From Atractiella rhizophila (taxonomy: Eukaryota), in contig MU271293.1 in the NCBI GenBank assembly GCA_021432655.1, positions 62,001 through 104,882 of the forward strand: a stretch of DNA of 42,882 nucleotides, given 5' to 3'. The notes under the pieces were generated by a model. The model worked only from the letters and a program-made list of their open reading frames with translations. It did not search any database and was not told the DNA's origin. The position numbers were made by a program, and so were the translations under genes. Shown one piece after another: positions 1 to 12,698 of this stretch (positions are counted from its first letter, which is position 1; each line of letters starts with the position of its first letter).

Positions 1-659
1 AATGGAAAGGGGCCCCAGACGATATCCGAAGATTGACGCGCTTCGAAAGCGATGGGATAGATAACGCGATCAAGAGAAATTTGGATAGAAAGTTCTTTCC
101 AATAATCCGGAAGTTTCTCACTCGTAAAAGATATCTGACATTTTTGAGGAAGGAGTTCATCCACGTAAATAGTTAGTTCATCAGTTTCGCACAGTGGGAG
201 CATCACAACCTGCTCGTCAAGCTCGTTGGTAGGTACTCGGCTCGACTTGATGGAGGATTCATGATAATAAACTCGAATAGCCTTGAATCCGCTTTCGACG
301 ACAAAGCGGGGGGTAACAGCGAGCAACAAAGGGAACCTCGTCCTTGTGCGTTCGATGACGATTGGGGCGCAGTGAAAGTTGGAAAAGTAACCCATGCTGT
401 TGGCCAAAACGTTTGCAGATTCTCGCAATGCTAAAAAGAATTTAATGAGAAGACGGGATATCAAATCAGAGCCCATGTTAAGCAGGTGTGTTCACAACAC
501 ACTCTTTGTCAAAGCTCACAAACCTGTCGAGTTAACTGAACCTACTCTAATCCGCTGCGTTTTCGTGAGGCTGCAAGCAGTATTGAAAGCAGAACAGATG
601 TATCCATGTTGTCTTTTGTGGAATTTTTGGACACATAAACCAGTGGCTACGCTTGGCAT
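1..659 (-). CDS. Hypothetical protein, runs off the left edge of the window
   Basis: ATG at 659 (MPSVATGLCV...NST). An intron at about 523-431 (GTTTGT...TTTTAG) joins in frame to an open exon ALRESANVLANSMGYFSNF...IVWGPFP that continues to base 1. No family recognised. Confidence 0.55.
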
Positions 660-1581
660 GAAATGACCGAGCTTTGTCTGCCAATCTCCCAGAACTGCCT
701 CCGCAACCAACCTAGATAAACCCTTCGCGCGCATCAGCAGCGCCAACTCAAGACAGCGCATCACATTAAGACACAGCGAAAGGGGTGACATTCTGCAGCA
801 GCAACCTCGGGTATTTCTCACACAACTGTTAGAGAGTCGTAGGACTAGTGACACTAGTAGAACACTAAAGATAAAAGAACATGGCGGCAACAGCTAAACT
901 CACCGGAAAGATCTCAGCCAGGGGCCAACAGCGGATGAGAGATTTTAACACATTGAACCAGAACGGGAAGGAGAGGACGGGAGGAAGAGAGGAGGTGGGG
1001 ATGTATATATGCTCGTTAGCGAGGTTGAAGCCTAGGCACGACTAACACTGGCTGTCACCCGGTTGTGACAAGGTAAGTTTGGCAAACAACAACATTACTG
1101 CACCACTAGAGCGTTACGACTGGGAGATGAATAGCGGCCACATCGGAGCCCGAAAGTCATGGGAGAAATGATCCTGTGAGCCTTGATGGGACTTGGGGAA
1201 TTATTGTTAAAGTTTCAGTCGCTCGGGGCTTATCTAGTCTGTCTTGTGGACATTCATGGGATACTCGAACATCCACAATCCGACTCTGCAACCAGGATGA
1301 AATCAGCTTCCATATGTTAAAACAAGCAGAGTTCTGTGTCCGTACTAGTGTTTTATGCATCAAGCCAGAGAAACTCGAGCTGCCAGAAATTTGACGAAGG
1401 ACTAACGAACGAATGTTCCAGCTCGTGTTATTCAATTTAGGTGATAATACAACATAAAGACTTCCAAATGACAGATTATGCTATGCAGGTATCGTGAACC
1501 AAAATATTTTGGGTTTAAAGAAAGAATTGGCGTGGATTTCTTCACAAAATCGAATTAGACGACCCAAAGGGAGGATTCAAA

Positions 1582-4242
1582 TTATTCGAAGGTGCCGCTG
1601 GCAGCCGACTTGATCGGCGGTCTGCTCAACACCAGTGTACTAACTGGAGGTCGTATGTCTTCATCCTTCTTCATTGACAGTTCGCTCCCCTTTCTCATAC
1701 CCATTATCCCTCCACCCAAGCTTTTTCTGGTCAAAGAGGTGGACGAGCTATTCTTCCTGTTCCTCGTCAACGTCGCACCACCATTGCTACTTTTAGTCTC
1801 GGGAATGATGACATTCGAGCTACTCCGACGCCCAGGCGCAGGTGTTGAACGTCCCTCGTTGAAGTTCAGATGAATGGGACTTCCATCCAGAGGGAACTGC
1901 GGCGGCAGCTTCGCTGCGCTGCTCGTCCTTTTCCTCAACTTATTCGGCATCCTCACGGTTCGCTTCTTCGTCTTCAACTCCAAGTCAGGCGTATCAGGCT
2001 CACTTCCAACAGGAGAAGGTATCGTGACTCCTGAACTGTGACGAAGATTGAGCGAGGGACGACTTGAGGTTGATATGTCAGATGGACGACCACGCGGACG
2101 AGTGAGGATGAGGACCTCTGAATCCGGATGCAGCGATTCGAGGCGTCTCCGCGCCTCTGAGGCTGATTCGAACTGACCCACGGGTTGGAAATCCGAGACC
2201 CGACTTGCGAGCGAAAGTTGGGATTGCGAACGGTATTGTGGGTGTTCATGTTCCGATTGGTATGTTGGGGAATAAGGGTTGGGAAGGGGTGCTGGGGTAG
2301 CGTGGTTGGGAAAGCCTGTACCATCCGTACCTGCCATATAATATGTATCTCTGGGCCATCCACCCCAGTTTTCGCCGCCATACGCCATGCTTTGTCCGCT
2401 CGGGCTAGCGGGGAGAGAGTGACGATGTTGTGGACTTGGAGGTACCGTACGGGCAGAGTAGTTGTTGACGCTCAGAGAGACGTAAGACGACTGTCGCGAA
2501 CCTGCGAGCGAAGGTGACACGGACCGTATGGTAGCTCCATCGCGATAGTGTTGAGAGTTAGGATAAGGATCGTGGTATAAGAACTCAGAAACAGGTTGAA
2601 GCGCAGACAGGTCGCTGCTCCTAGATCGGGAATGGGGAAGGGGAGGAGGACGATGTGGAGGACGATAAGTGGGGACAACGACCGGTTTGATCGATGGTTG
2701 GGATGGGAAGTTTGCACCTATGGGCGAAATATCGGGTGTGGTAACGAGGGTGAAAGGCGTCTTTCCAACGACGTATACATCTCCGGCAGGAGGACGCGAC
2801 TGTGGAGTCCTTGATGACTTTCGAATCAGCTTCGATGCTCGCCTGCCTGGAGTCGATGGTCGCGTGAGCTCTTGATCGGGGATTCTCTCTGGGGAAGACT
2901 GCAATAGGGGAGAGGAATCGGGATTAGGCGAAGGAGAGGGAACACGGCTGGCAGGCGATACTCCTCTACTCATTTCCCCCGTTGTTGCAGGTACACTTTT
3001 ATCTTTATCCGGGGACACCTTGATGGTTGGTTTTGGATGAAAGTCTGGCGTCGCGACTCTACCTCCACTGGCTTGGAGCCAATCCTCCTCCGATCCATAA
3101 CGGGTCGAGGTTTTCACGACAGCTTGAGAAGGTCGATTCTTCTTGGTCAACTTCCTTGAGATCCTCCTCCGAATGCTAAGTCGCTCTCCCTCCTCTCCCG
3201 TGCTCAAATCTTGTGGAGGGAGAGTCCGCTTGGGCCTCCCCCAAATGAAAGATTGGATGATCCGCGAGGTTGGAAGGTGGAACGAAGGAGTGGGAGATGT
3301 CGACTGCACATTCTCCATGGATCTGCCGGAAGAGGAAGGCTGAACTAAGGACCAGGAAGAGTCTCGACTGTGCGAATGTTTCGACGTAGAGGGATGAGGT
3401 AGTGTTGGAGGGGAAGGCGTTGGTCTCTGAACCGCAAACTTGACTGCTGAATGTCCGTGACCGAATTCAGAAACCGTTTGTCGGGGGTTGACGAGGTAGT
3501 CCAACGATCTCGCGTTTGGGATGTCGTATCTGTGCACCTTAGAGCCGCCGGGTGCAGGTCCAGGAACACTCAGATACGTCGAAATTGGCGGGTGTCCATC
3601 ATGGCCGCTCTCTGAGATAGCGTATCGCCGTAATTCGCGATCGTTCAGGGGGATGGAAGAGGGAACGAGGTACAAGTCGTGGCCTGAATCCGAAAGGGTT
3701 CCCTTGCGTAAACGTTCCAGGTCTTGGTCCAGGATGCGCGATGGCTTCGGAGTCTATGCCACCATGCTAACGATCAGTGGCAATGAGCGCAAGAAAGAAG
3801 AACAGGGTACCTCATCGTCAGACACGTTTGCATCAAGTGACATCACTGCGGTCATTTCCTTCCCCCTCCCTTCTGTCAAATCACCAGCATCAGCTTCAGC
3901 CGACGTCGTCGAAGCAGACTGGTGGGAATTGCTGAACGGGACCACCGAAGCCTCGGAAGTGGAGGAAGCAGTGGACTGAGTGCGTCGTCGTCGCACGTCA
4001 CCTCCTTCAAGTGGAGGAGGGGGAGGAAGATGGTCTTTGGCCGGGACGAGTGGGGGGATTTCTCCAACGGGATGGAGGGGGCGGAAGGAGTCCTCTGAGA
4101 AGCGTTCAACGCCGTTTGGAGGTGGAGAGTCTGAAGCAGTTGGAGGTGGTGGAGGGGGTAGTTCTTTGGTCAGCGAGTGGAGGGATCCAGGTAGTGAGCT
4201 GAATGAAGAGGATCTGGTGTCGTGGCGGGCAGGACGGATCAT
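1582..4242 (-). CDS. Large Ser/Pro/Arg-rich, probably disordered hypothetical protein (~870 aa)
   Basis: ORFs 3754-4242 and 1582-3675 join in frame through one 57-nt intron 3810-3754 (GTACCC...CTGAT...CATAG), reading ...NVSDDE|TPKPSRILDQD... No catalytic motif seen. Confidence 0.75.
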
Positions 4243-5443
4243 TTTCGATGCTTCTGTTGGTCGCAGCCAATTGAGATTATTCAGTCAACAATCCTACAGA
4301 GAGGTGAGAGAAAAAAGAGGGAGACGCTTAAAAGAAACCAAAAAAAAACACAAAAAAGCGCGGGCTCTAAAAAGACACAAAAACCAAAAACCCAAAAACG
4401 CACAAAACCTCGTATAGTGCGCTCTCATGCAATGCACCTCATCTCCCACGGAACAAATGCAGTTAACCCTTGCAAAGGAGCGTCGAGGGTTATCCGGATC
4501 GTATGGCCGAATACGATGGTCAAGTGAAACAGGAAAGTACAGCGCATGAGCCGAATCAAACGCGTCAAATGTACGCTCAATGCGAACTCTCAACTCCACC
4601 ACAGAAGTCAAAATACGCAGAGACACCACCAGAAAAAAAAACAACCAACTGAAAAAGGGAAAGAGCCCCCAACCAAGGTGAAAAAGAACAAACCGGTGGA
4701 AAAAAGGGATCGGTCTTCATAGAAGAAAGAAAAGCTTTAAAGCGAGCGCACGGTTACAGTTGGGCGAATAACCTTTGCACTTCTAGTTCAACAAAGACGT
4801 GCTTCTCGCTCACCTTCCGTCTTCGGGAGTGAAATCAAGAACTTCCGACTTCTACTCGAAAGAGAACAAGAAAGCAAGAACTATGCAGAACCTCTAACAA
4901 AGCTGCAAAGAAAGCTAACCTCTCGAATTCCTTACGCAGTTCCTGACTTCCCAACTCAACAAATACACAGTTTACAGTGCGGTTTCCGGTTATCTGTCCA
5001 AGTTTCCTCGCAAAATGGACTCTGAAAAGATTCCCTGCTCCCTCCCGCCTTCCGTGCACTTTCCGTATGTCCAATCACTCACTCTGCCCAAAAATCCCCA
5101 ATTCTCACGACCGGGTCCGTACGTAAAGATAGGAGGGCGAGGTGATTGACGGATGGAGATAAGGGATGGAAAGGTGGATAGTATCCCTAAGCCACGGACT
5201 TGACTTTCCACGGAGGGGCGACGAAGAATCGAGCAAGAAGAATGGTTGACAAGGAGTGACGGGTGACTAAGCTCAGCTCCACACAATAAAAGCAATAAAC
5301 GGCTTGGGGAGTTCAAAGTGACGTAGTCAAATGAAGTGAGTCAGCAACGCGTCGCGTCCCACCTTCACACTTATAAAGGGCACAATATTCCTCCCAGGTT
5401 CCTTTGTTGACATCCTTTCTTGGTTCGAAATATTTATCCCAAC

Positions 5444-5751
5444 ATGCAGTTTCAGATCGTTTCGAAACTTACCAATCCTGATCTATATGAGGATGGTGTT
5501 ATGCACGAGGTGGAGGCAGAGGGAAGGAGTTTGGAAGACGAAAGATGTAAAGAAGTACCGAAAAATAGCAAGAAGCGCAATGCTTCAACTTTAGAGGAGG
5601 AGGAGGTTAACATTTCCATCTCCAATAGTACGTTTTTCTCGCCTGTGGTATTGGTTGTCGTTCAAATTAAAGGAATCGTTTAGCCTCAGGCAACATGCGA
5701 AAGAAACAGAAAGTGTTGATTCCAAGGGTCGAAAGGAATGAATTACAATGA
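5444..5751 (+). CDS. Possible small orphan protein
   Basis: ATG 5444, a GTACGT...TTTAG intron at about 5628-5683, and an in-frame second exon ending TGA 5751. Acidic/basic low-complexity product with no family recognised. Confidence 0.3.
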
Positions 5752-5912
5752 AGTTACAATGGGCTTTTTATACCTTAAGGAACTCGGCAAAATGAGGGAA
5801 ACGGCAAAGGGGAAAGAAAACTAGAGCCACAAATGACGGTGGCACGAATGCAGCTTAAAATGGTGCCAAACTCTGACAGAAAGCTCCTATCTTGAAGTCC
5901 GAATCAGATACC

Positions 5913-6401
5913 ATGTACCCCGTCCTCCCTCCCTCATCCATCATTGACTGTTCCCTCACCGCTCCTCCCATTCCATATCCGCCACCGCCTTCCTCGACTC
6001 ACTCTTCATTCTCCCTGCTCGTCTACTCCCTCGCGTGTTCCATCCCCGTCGGTCGCGTCTCTACATACGGTCTCTTCGCATCGTACATATCCATGAAACA
6101 GGGAAAGAACGGACGTGGGAGTGCTCAGGCGGTCGGACAGGCCTTGAGAAAGAATCCCTTCGCGCCGAGGGTGCCGTGTCATCGGGTTATTGCTAGCGAT
6201 TTATTCATTGGTGGATTCAAGGGGTGTTTTGGATTAGATTTGGTCGATGGGAAGAAGAAGATGATGGCGAAGAAGGACAAGGAGGGTGAGAATCAGGTGC
6301 TGTTGAAGTTGGAGATGTTGGGACAGGAGGGTGTGGGATTTGATGCGAACGGGAAATTGATGAAGAAGAACTTGTTGTGGGATCCTGCGAAGGAGCTATA
6401 A
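5913..6401 (+). CDS. MGT1: O6-methylguanine-DNA methyltransferase (alkyltransferase C-terminal domain)
   Basis: Intronless ORF containing IPVGRVSTYG, AQAVGQALRKNPF and the active-site VPCHRVI motif, followed by IGGF. Confidence 0.9.
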   Translation: MYPVLPPSSIIDCSLTAPPIPYPPPPSSTHSSFSLLVYSLACSIPVGRVSTYGLFASYISMKQGKNGRGSAQAVGQALRKNPFAPRVPCHRVIASDLFIGGFKGCFGLDLVDGKKKMMAKKDKEGENQVLLKLEMLGQEGVGFDANGKLMKKNLLWDPAKEL

Positions 6402-6539
6402 TCGCTTTTGATAATGTAAACAACTTTATTCATTTATTCTTGTAATACTAGCCCCTGTCCTCACTAGTACTGCAAATGTCATACTACTTTCATGTCTAAA
6501 TCTATTCGGCTCTCATTTTAAAAGTGTTCTCAGCCAGTT

Positions 6540-7858
6540 CTACCGACACCTCATTTCCTCCAACCTCCGTTCCGCAGACCGAGGCTCCAAGTCTCCCCAA
6601 TTCTCAGCCCCTCCTTCCTCCTGAGATAGAGCGGGCAGACCATATTGTTGAATGATGAAACTGGCGCTCACGCTTCCTGCACGGACGGCATGAAAGATAT
6701 CCAATTCGTTCCCCTCTTCTAATTGCTTCGCGAACGCAGCCATTAATCCTCCCTACTCACCCGTCGCGGTGGATGTCAGTCGCCATCACAGAGAGAGGAG
6801 GGTTAAGGAAGAATGAGGGAGGGAACGAACGAGGAAACCGTTGCCTGCTCCAGTGACGTCTACAATCTTCTCCTTCTCCTCGGCAGGGGACAAAGAGGTC
6901 CAATAAGGCGCAATCCAGGCTTTTTTTCCGTCTCTACGTCTCACGAAAGCCCCGTGCTCCCCACAGCGTACGACAACATCTCCACCACCTCTCGTAGTCT
7001 CTGTTCCCAATCCCATGTTCACAAATCGTTCGGCCACCTCTTCAATCACCTCTCTGAAGTGAGACGAAGAAGGAAACGGCAGCTGGCTGGAAGGAAAGAA
7101 GAAATTTGCTGCCTCCAAATGGTTGGGAGAGAAAACAGCGACCTTCTTTATACCGTCTTGGAGCGAGGCTAACTCTTCAGGTGTACAACAATCTGGGATC
7201 GGTTCATACACTAGGACAGGGTCCCAATTTGGGTACTTCGTAGAGGAAGAACCGCGAATGGAAGAAATCTCGGAGATGATGGTGAGCGCGCGTGTTGGGG
7301 AACATATAAAATGTAAGAACCTGGGTAGGGAAGGTAAGGGTGGAGAAAGGGAGAGTAGGTCAAGGGGAGAGAGACGTCGTCGAGGAGTGAGATATTGAAA
7401 ACCTCGAGACCCGTCGAGGCGGTAGATATTCAGTGCCTGCTCGTGGTCTTTGAATCAGTTAATGCTCGTCCGAAGTGATGAGACTGGGAGGAAGGAATGA
7501 CACCTTGGTAGTTTCGCGAGTCGTATCTTCCCGGTAGTGCCATGCTTCGGCGCCGTAGGAATCGAGCTTTTCTTGTACCCATCCATAGTGCTTCCAGTCG
7601 TGACCACGGTCAACGATCATGAGTAGCTTGGAGGGGCTCAGAAACATTCGAGCTCCGACAGTTGCTTATCTCACAATTGTGTTGATCAGCTTCTGTTTCG
7701 AGCCACCAGGGATATAAATACACACTATATGTTCCTCCTCCTCCGATCTGCTCTGTTATGCGATCATTTACGCTGGCATCTGAAGGACAAATGTCCTCGT
7801 AGCGGAATTGGTCGAGGATGAACATCCCAAAAGTGCAGACGAGTGGCGAGCCAGCCAT
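6540..7858 (-). CDS. pfkB/ribokinase-family carbohydrate kinase, MAK32-like
   Basis: Multi-exon. N-terminal GMFILDQF...IGGGGTY, then IVDRGHDW, YEPIPD, FSPNHLEA, VRCGEHGA, the pfkB signature DVTGAGNGFL, and GSVSASFIIQQYGLP. Confidence 0.88.
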
Positions 7859-8500
7859 GGATACGACAGGAAGGTGTAAACAACACTGGATGGATTGTTA
7901 GGAGAGAGATTGGTAGTGTTGCGTGATGGATAAGGCTGGATAACAGAGTAAATTGAAAGTCTGAAGCTTATTCGATCCATTTCAACACTCCAATTTGAGC
8001 TTGAAAACTCTTGGAGTTCTGTAATTATAAATCAGTGGTTTCATTTTAGTTCCCGTGGATGCTTATGGTGACAATATTGATGGCGACTCGTCGCATGAGG
8101 CTCTGGAAGCAGTTGGACGGAGCTCTGGAAGACCTGGAGAATGCTTGGATCAAGCATCACTGTGAAGCGCTTTCCGGAGCTGACTATTAAAGCGCTCAAT
8201 TACACGAGTTCATATCCGATCTTTGGAGGTATATGGTAGGGAACCACTCCCTGTTTGAACTATGCAGTCATCGCCAGTTTTGGATTTGCAGCAATGCTCC
8301 TCCACTTCATAGATGCAGTACAGACCCATCAAAGGAATCACTTTATTCAAAATCACTGGATGCTCTCCAAATCACAGCTTCAGAGGGTATAAAGGTGGAA
8401 CAATCGTCACAGGCAGCGCTGAACATGGAAGCCAGGGTTACCAATGAAAGGCTTATTCCAAGGTCAAGAAAATCCTCCAGCGCGATTAAATTCGTTGGAT

Positions 8501-11070
8501 TTAACAGAGTGGGTCATCATCGCAAGGGTCAACAGATGCACTGGTAGGAGTGACAGAAAAAAGTTCGTTGTATGAAGGAAGAGATCTGTCCTCGATTGAA
8601 CAAGAGCGCTGACCCGATTATAAGTTTTACATATCACATTCAAGGGGAACGCTTCACCGGTGAAACAACAATCTTCTTTTTGAGCGACACAATTCTCGCG
8701 TCGTCGACACTTCCATCGTGGCGTATGATACGATACGTGAGCTCGAACAGTAGCGACGAAGTGCATCGAATTGGAGTGTCCGTGACTTCTGGGGTTGTGG
8801 GACGGATATACTCCACATCTGGCACCCTATCCATAGCTCGGTAACAACGTTAATGGTTTAACAATGAAGAGTACTTTACTGTCTCCTTGAAGTGCCATTC
8901 TCCGCCTTTGGCCGCAAACCACCCTCCTTGATCCTTAAAAAGGCTTTGCCGAACAGGATCAAAACGAGTGACCTTCTTAGACCTATGATCACGCAGACTA
9001 AATGCTTGTAGCGCAAGAAGTTCAACTTTATCTATTCTAATGTCATTAGGAGGTTCTTTCAAAATGAAATCGAGGGTCGATTCTGCATCCAGCCTAAGAA
9101 TGGGAGAATGGTAGTCAAGTTTGAAAGGCTGGGTATCCCTCAGCCTCATCGCAAACAACATGAAAAAGAGAGACGCACACCCAGGTCGATAGTGAAATCC
9201 TCGATTTGAACATCAACAAGGGCATCTCCTGTCTCGATAGGTGGAACTGGGTCTGCCACTACTTCTAATTTGCCTACACCAGTAATATCGGAACTTCCGG
9301 TGCATTTCGCCCTAGCACTCAACTGTTCCACAGTCGACGGTCGGTACAGCCGCAAGAGGGTGAAGATTGAACCAACCAACCTCCCACCATATTTTACCCT
9401 GAAGGCAAAGCTCTGAAGGCGGCGCATTTGATGGGATAACAAAAGAAAAAGAACACCTATATTGAATCCATCAGTTAGCTCATAACTGTATAAGCGGCAG
9501 TCTTTCGTACTGATGTTCACCTTTCTCTAGGCATTTCTTGATTGGTACCTTACAAACCTTCTGCAAAAGTTTAACAGGCTGTCGCTCCGCTTGGTCTGGA
9601 AGAGTGAGTTGATATCGCGCGGTGAGAGATACGGCGACTTCATCGACTGTTCGCGTTGTAGGCAGATCTAAGAAGACAAGACCTCTAATCATGGGTCCTT
9701 GCGTTGCCGAAAATGGCGGGCGGAGGATGATACACTCTGCTAAGGTTGTGATGGAGAGCGCCGGCACTTTTGACTTCGGGCTGGAAGAGATATGTGAAGG
9801 AGGAGAGACTGATTCGATTTGCGTTTCTGGACCGGAGCACCGCTGAAATATGCATTCAAGTTAGCGAGACGCGGAGTGAGGAAAGTAGGATAAAAAAATG
9901 GACAGAAGATGTTATTATGATTTTTTTGGTCAGAGAGAGCGTTTTTGCTGCACCTTCTTCCCCTGCTTTTTGACTCCCATCTTCGTTCACGCGACGATAG
10001 GTGACTTCAAACAACAAAGATGTAGATGATCGGATGGGGGATATCGTGCCCTCGAGTGTCGAAGGACAAATCCTGTCGTTCTGCGGAAACCTAATTCCTA
10101 GCATCAGCCAAAGTACAAACATGGAACGACACTGCAAAGTGTGATGATCTACCTAGCCAAATGCTTGAAGGACCAGGCTGAGCCTTGTCGTATCATCCAA
10201 GTATCATCTTGTTCCTGCTGAGTTGAAAACATCCTTCCTTGCCGGAATAAGCGGTGCTTGGCGGGTTCAAGGCAGGCAATGTTTTTTGGATTGAGCGGAT
10301 GGTGCAGCTCAAGAGTTTGAAGGAGGAAGAGTTCTAGACTCTCCATACGCAGCGTCAACGGTGCTGCATGGAGGCAGAATTCAACGCTGAGAGCTTCTCC
10401 AACAGTGGGAGGAGCTGAGCCGAAGTCGATCAAAAGTAACTGCTCCTTCATCTGAGCTGAAGAATGATGCGAAGAAGAGTGCGCACACCAAGATCAGGTG
10501 TGAACTCTTCAATTTGAACTGGTGGAGGCGGAGGATCACCTTCCTGAAATGGGGTAGCTACAATTTCGATCATGGACGAGGCGGTCAAGTTAGATGCAAA
10601 GCCTCCGTTTTTGGCGACAGCGTCCACCTGACCGCAGAATGTTAAACCATTGATGAAAACAAATGAAGGAAAACAAACCTGGGCCCAAATCTTACCATGA
10701 CGACAACGACTTTCAGGTGCTACACTGGGAAATAGGTCGAAAGCAAAGTCGAAACTATTCTATTCAGTCACTGAAGCTACAATCTCATATGAGGAATGAC
10801 TAACGAGTAGTTGCCTTTTGCAAGCTCTCCATCGATACCAATGCTGCATTCCTTCTCGACAAGCGAATACGGCCTCGTCGACCAGCCGGAGAACGAGAAT
10901 GTACAAAGGATCCGGAAGGTGACAACAATCTCTTTCACCTTCCTGGCTTTGTGCAGATTTAGAGATATGGTGCCTCTGAGGGTGTCGGAGGCACCAGTGA
11001 GGGGACGAACAAAGATGATGGGGGATACAAGGTTGATCGATAGCTGGGACAATGCTGAAGGAGTGAACAT
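8501..11070 (-). CDS. Alpha-arrestin-like protein containing two tandem arrestin-like repeats, with a C-terminal LPSY motif
   Basis: Repeat 1: LRGTISLNL...FDFAFDL..APESRCRHGKIW...VQIEEFTPDLG...RICPST...SPIRSSTSLLFEVTYR. Repeat 2: IRGLVFLDL...FSFVIP..APPSELCLQGKIW...VQIEDFTIDLG...IRPTT...TPIRCTSSLLFELTYR. The repeats have matching intron positions. The last exon reads RSCSIEDRSLPSY...PLC* (stop 8501-8503). Confidence 0.75.
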
Positions 11071-11142
11071 GTTTTATTTGACCCTAACGCGCAAAGAAAT
11101 GAACCTAAGTGCAAGCACCTATCCGGCCCTGAGTATACTTGT

Positions 11143-11990
11143 CTAAGTCAATTCTTGTCGCACACAGGATACTAAAGTTGAACAAATGGACATTTCCACC
11201 CTTAGAAACTCGTTAACAAGGTGCAAGTTATTCTGAGCTACCATGAAATGTGCCTTGTCCTCTTCCTTACAACTTGCAACTTGCTCTACCAAAGTATCTT
11301 CCTCACAGAGAGCTTTCACACCGGTGGTGTTGTCGCCTTGGGACAACGACAAACAGGCCAAAGACAAACAGGCCAAAGACAAGCAGGCCAAAGCGAGGCG
11401 AAAGAGACCATCAATGACTGAATGATTTACAAATGAAATGACCTGTAGATATACTAATATGTTAGGTGCGCATCGCGATCCCTGCCTCACAGTGGACCTA
11501 ACATGGTCGAACACAGCTTCAATAGCAGTTTCATAGGCAGCAGCACTCGCAACGCCTTTCTCCCTGTGTTGGGCCTGATACCAGAGCTCAGGGGTTCTAT
11601 AATCCCCTCTCTCGACTTAACTAGAATCCAATCCAAGACCCAAGGCTCTCACATGCATAAACGTAGATGATGGATGCTCACCAGAGGCTGCCTACCTACT
11701 TGTCCCGCTTCAACCGCAACTTCAAAGCTCTCAAAGCTGTTCGCTCCAACTCCTCCTTGACTTGACGGGCAGCAAAGACCATTCCCTCAACTGGTCGATC
11801 CGTGTCATTCATTTGCGGGAAGAATGTCATGCTGCCAAGGCGCGAACGAGCCAAGCCTTCCTCCTGCTGTGAACAGGTCTGAGCAAAGTCTTGTAAGCGG
11901 CCGGATGTCTTTATGAAGATCGAGCTTGACCTGACAGGAATACGACAACCAAATTAGCAAGAAGAAAATTGCAGGCTACATGAATTTCAT
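11143..11990 (-). other. Possible orphan gene or degenerate gene remnant
   Basis: Exon-like open stretch ELWYQAQHREKG...FDHVRST, a candidate intron GTGAGG...CTAAC...CTACAG, then VISFVNHSVID... Upstream pieces do not join into one clean frame. Confidence 0.3.
11348..11392. repeat. 15-bp tandem repeat x3 (GACAAACAGGCCAAA)
   Basis: Copies at 11348, 11363 and 11378; the third has one mismatch. Confidence 0.95.
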
Positions 11991-12383
11991 GTCTCTTATA
12001 CAAATTGTCCTGAAACGTAAACCGAAGAGAAGAAGGAGGAAGAAAGAAGCGTGAAGATTATGCGCCTACAGCTCATGTTGGAATGTTGGATTGGTGATTA
12101 CGCGGCGGTTAGAATAGAGTATGGGTTTTAGGATAGAGGTGGAGTCGGTGGTCGCATAGTTGCGAGCTGGGAGGTTGATACAGACGAACAGTGAGAAGGA
12201 GATCGGTGAGTGTGGGGAGAAGCCCGTCGTCGTCTCCTTCAGTCCCAGTCCCTCATCGAAGTCACAATGGAAAAATAAGGGTGGATGGTGAGGGGAGCCT
12301 CTATCACAGAGCAACAACAAAATTCAGTGTCCTCGTCACGCTGAGAAGGTCGCAAAACTTACCAAAAAGGCGAGAGAAACTGT

Positions 12384-12698
12384 TCATGACAACTTCTCCT
12401 TCTCACTCCTCGTCCCTTTTCTCTGCACCTCCTTTACCTCCCCATAATCCTTCGTCTTAACTCCGCCTATGCCAACCTTCCCATTCTCCTCCAAAGCTTG
12501 TTGATCCACCTGCTCCTCCTCCATCGTCAAAGGGTTCACGACTGGCCGTCCCGTCCGCTTGATGAGCCAGAAGATTATACAAGCCGTCCAGAAGATCCCA
12601 ACAACACCACAGGTCACCGCTTCATCGCACCCATAAAGAATGTCAGCATTTGACGAGGAAGTCGTGGAAAGACAAACCAGCGGATATCTTGCCTGCAT
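12384..12698 (-). CDS. Small putative single-pass membrane protein
   Basis: ORF with one hydrophobic segment (VTCGVVGIFWTACIIFWLI) followed by a basic then charged tail. The start is uncertain. Confidence 0.4.
   Translation of the reverse strand: MQARYPLVCLSTTSSSNADILYGCDEAVTCGVVGIFWTACIIFWLIKRTGRPVVNPLTMEEEQVDQQALEENGKVGIGGVKTKDYGEVKEVQRKGTRSEKEKLS

Noticed and set aside
3980..4644. Lys-rich and hydrophobic ORFs (3980-4417 +, 4222-4527 +, 4294-4644 -)
   Set aside because: They are translations of A/T-run low-complexity leader sequence or antisense to the Ser/Pro-rich gene.
9480..9767. Independent second arrestin gene starting at 9767
   Set aside because: The codon is GTG, and there is no in-frame ATG or room for a promoter. 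The fusion model fits better.
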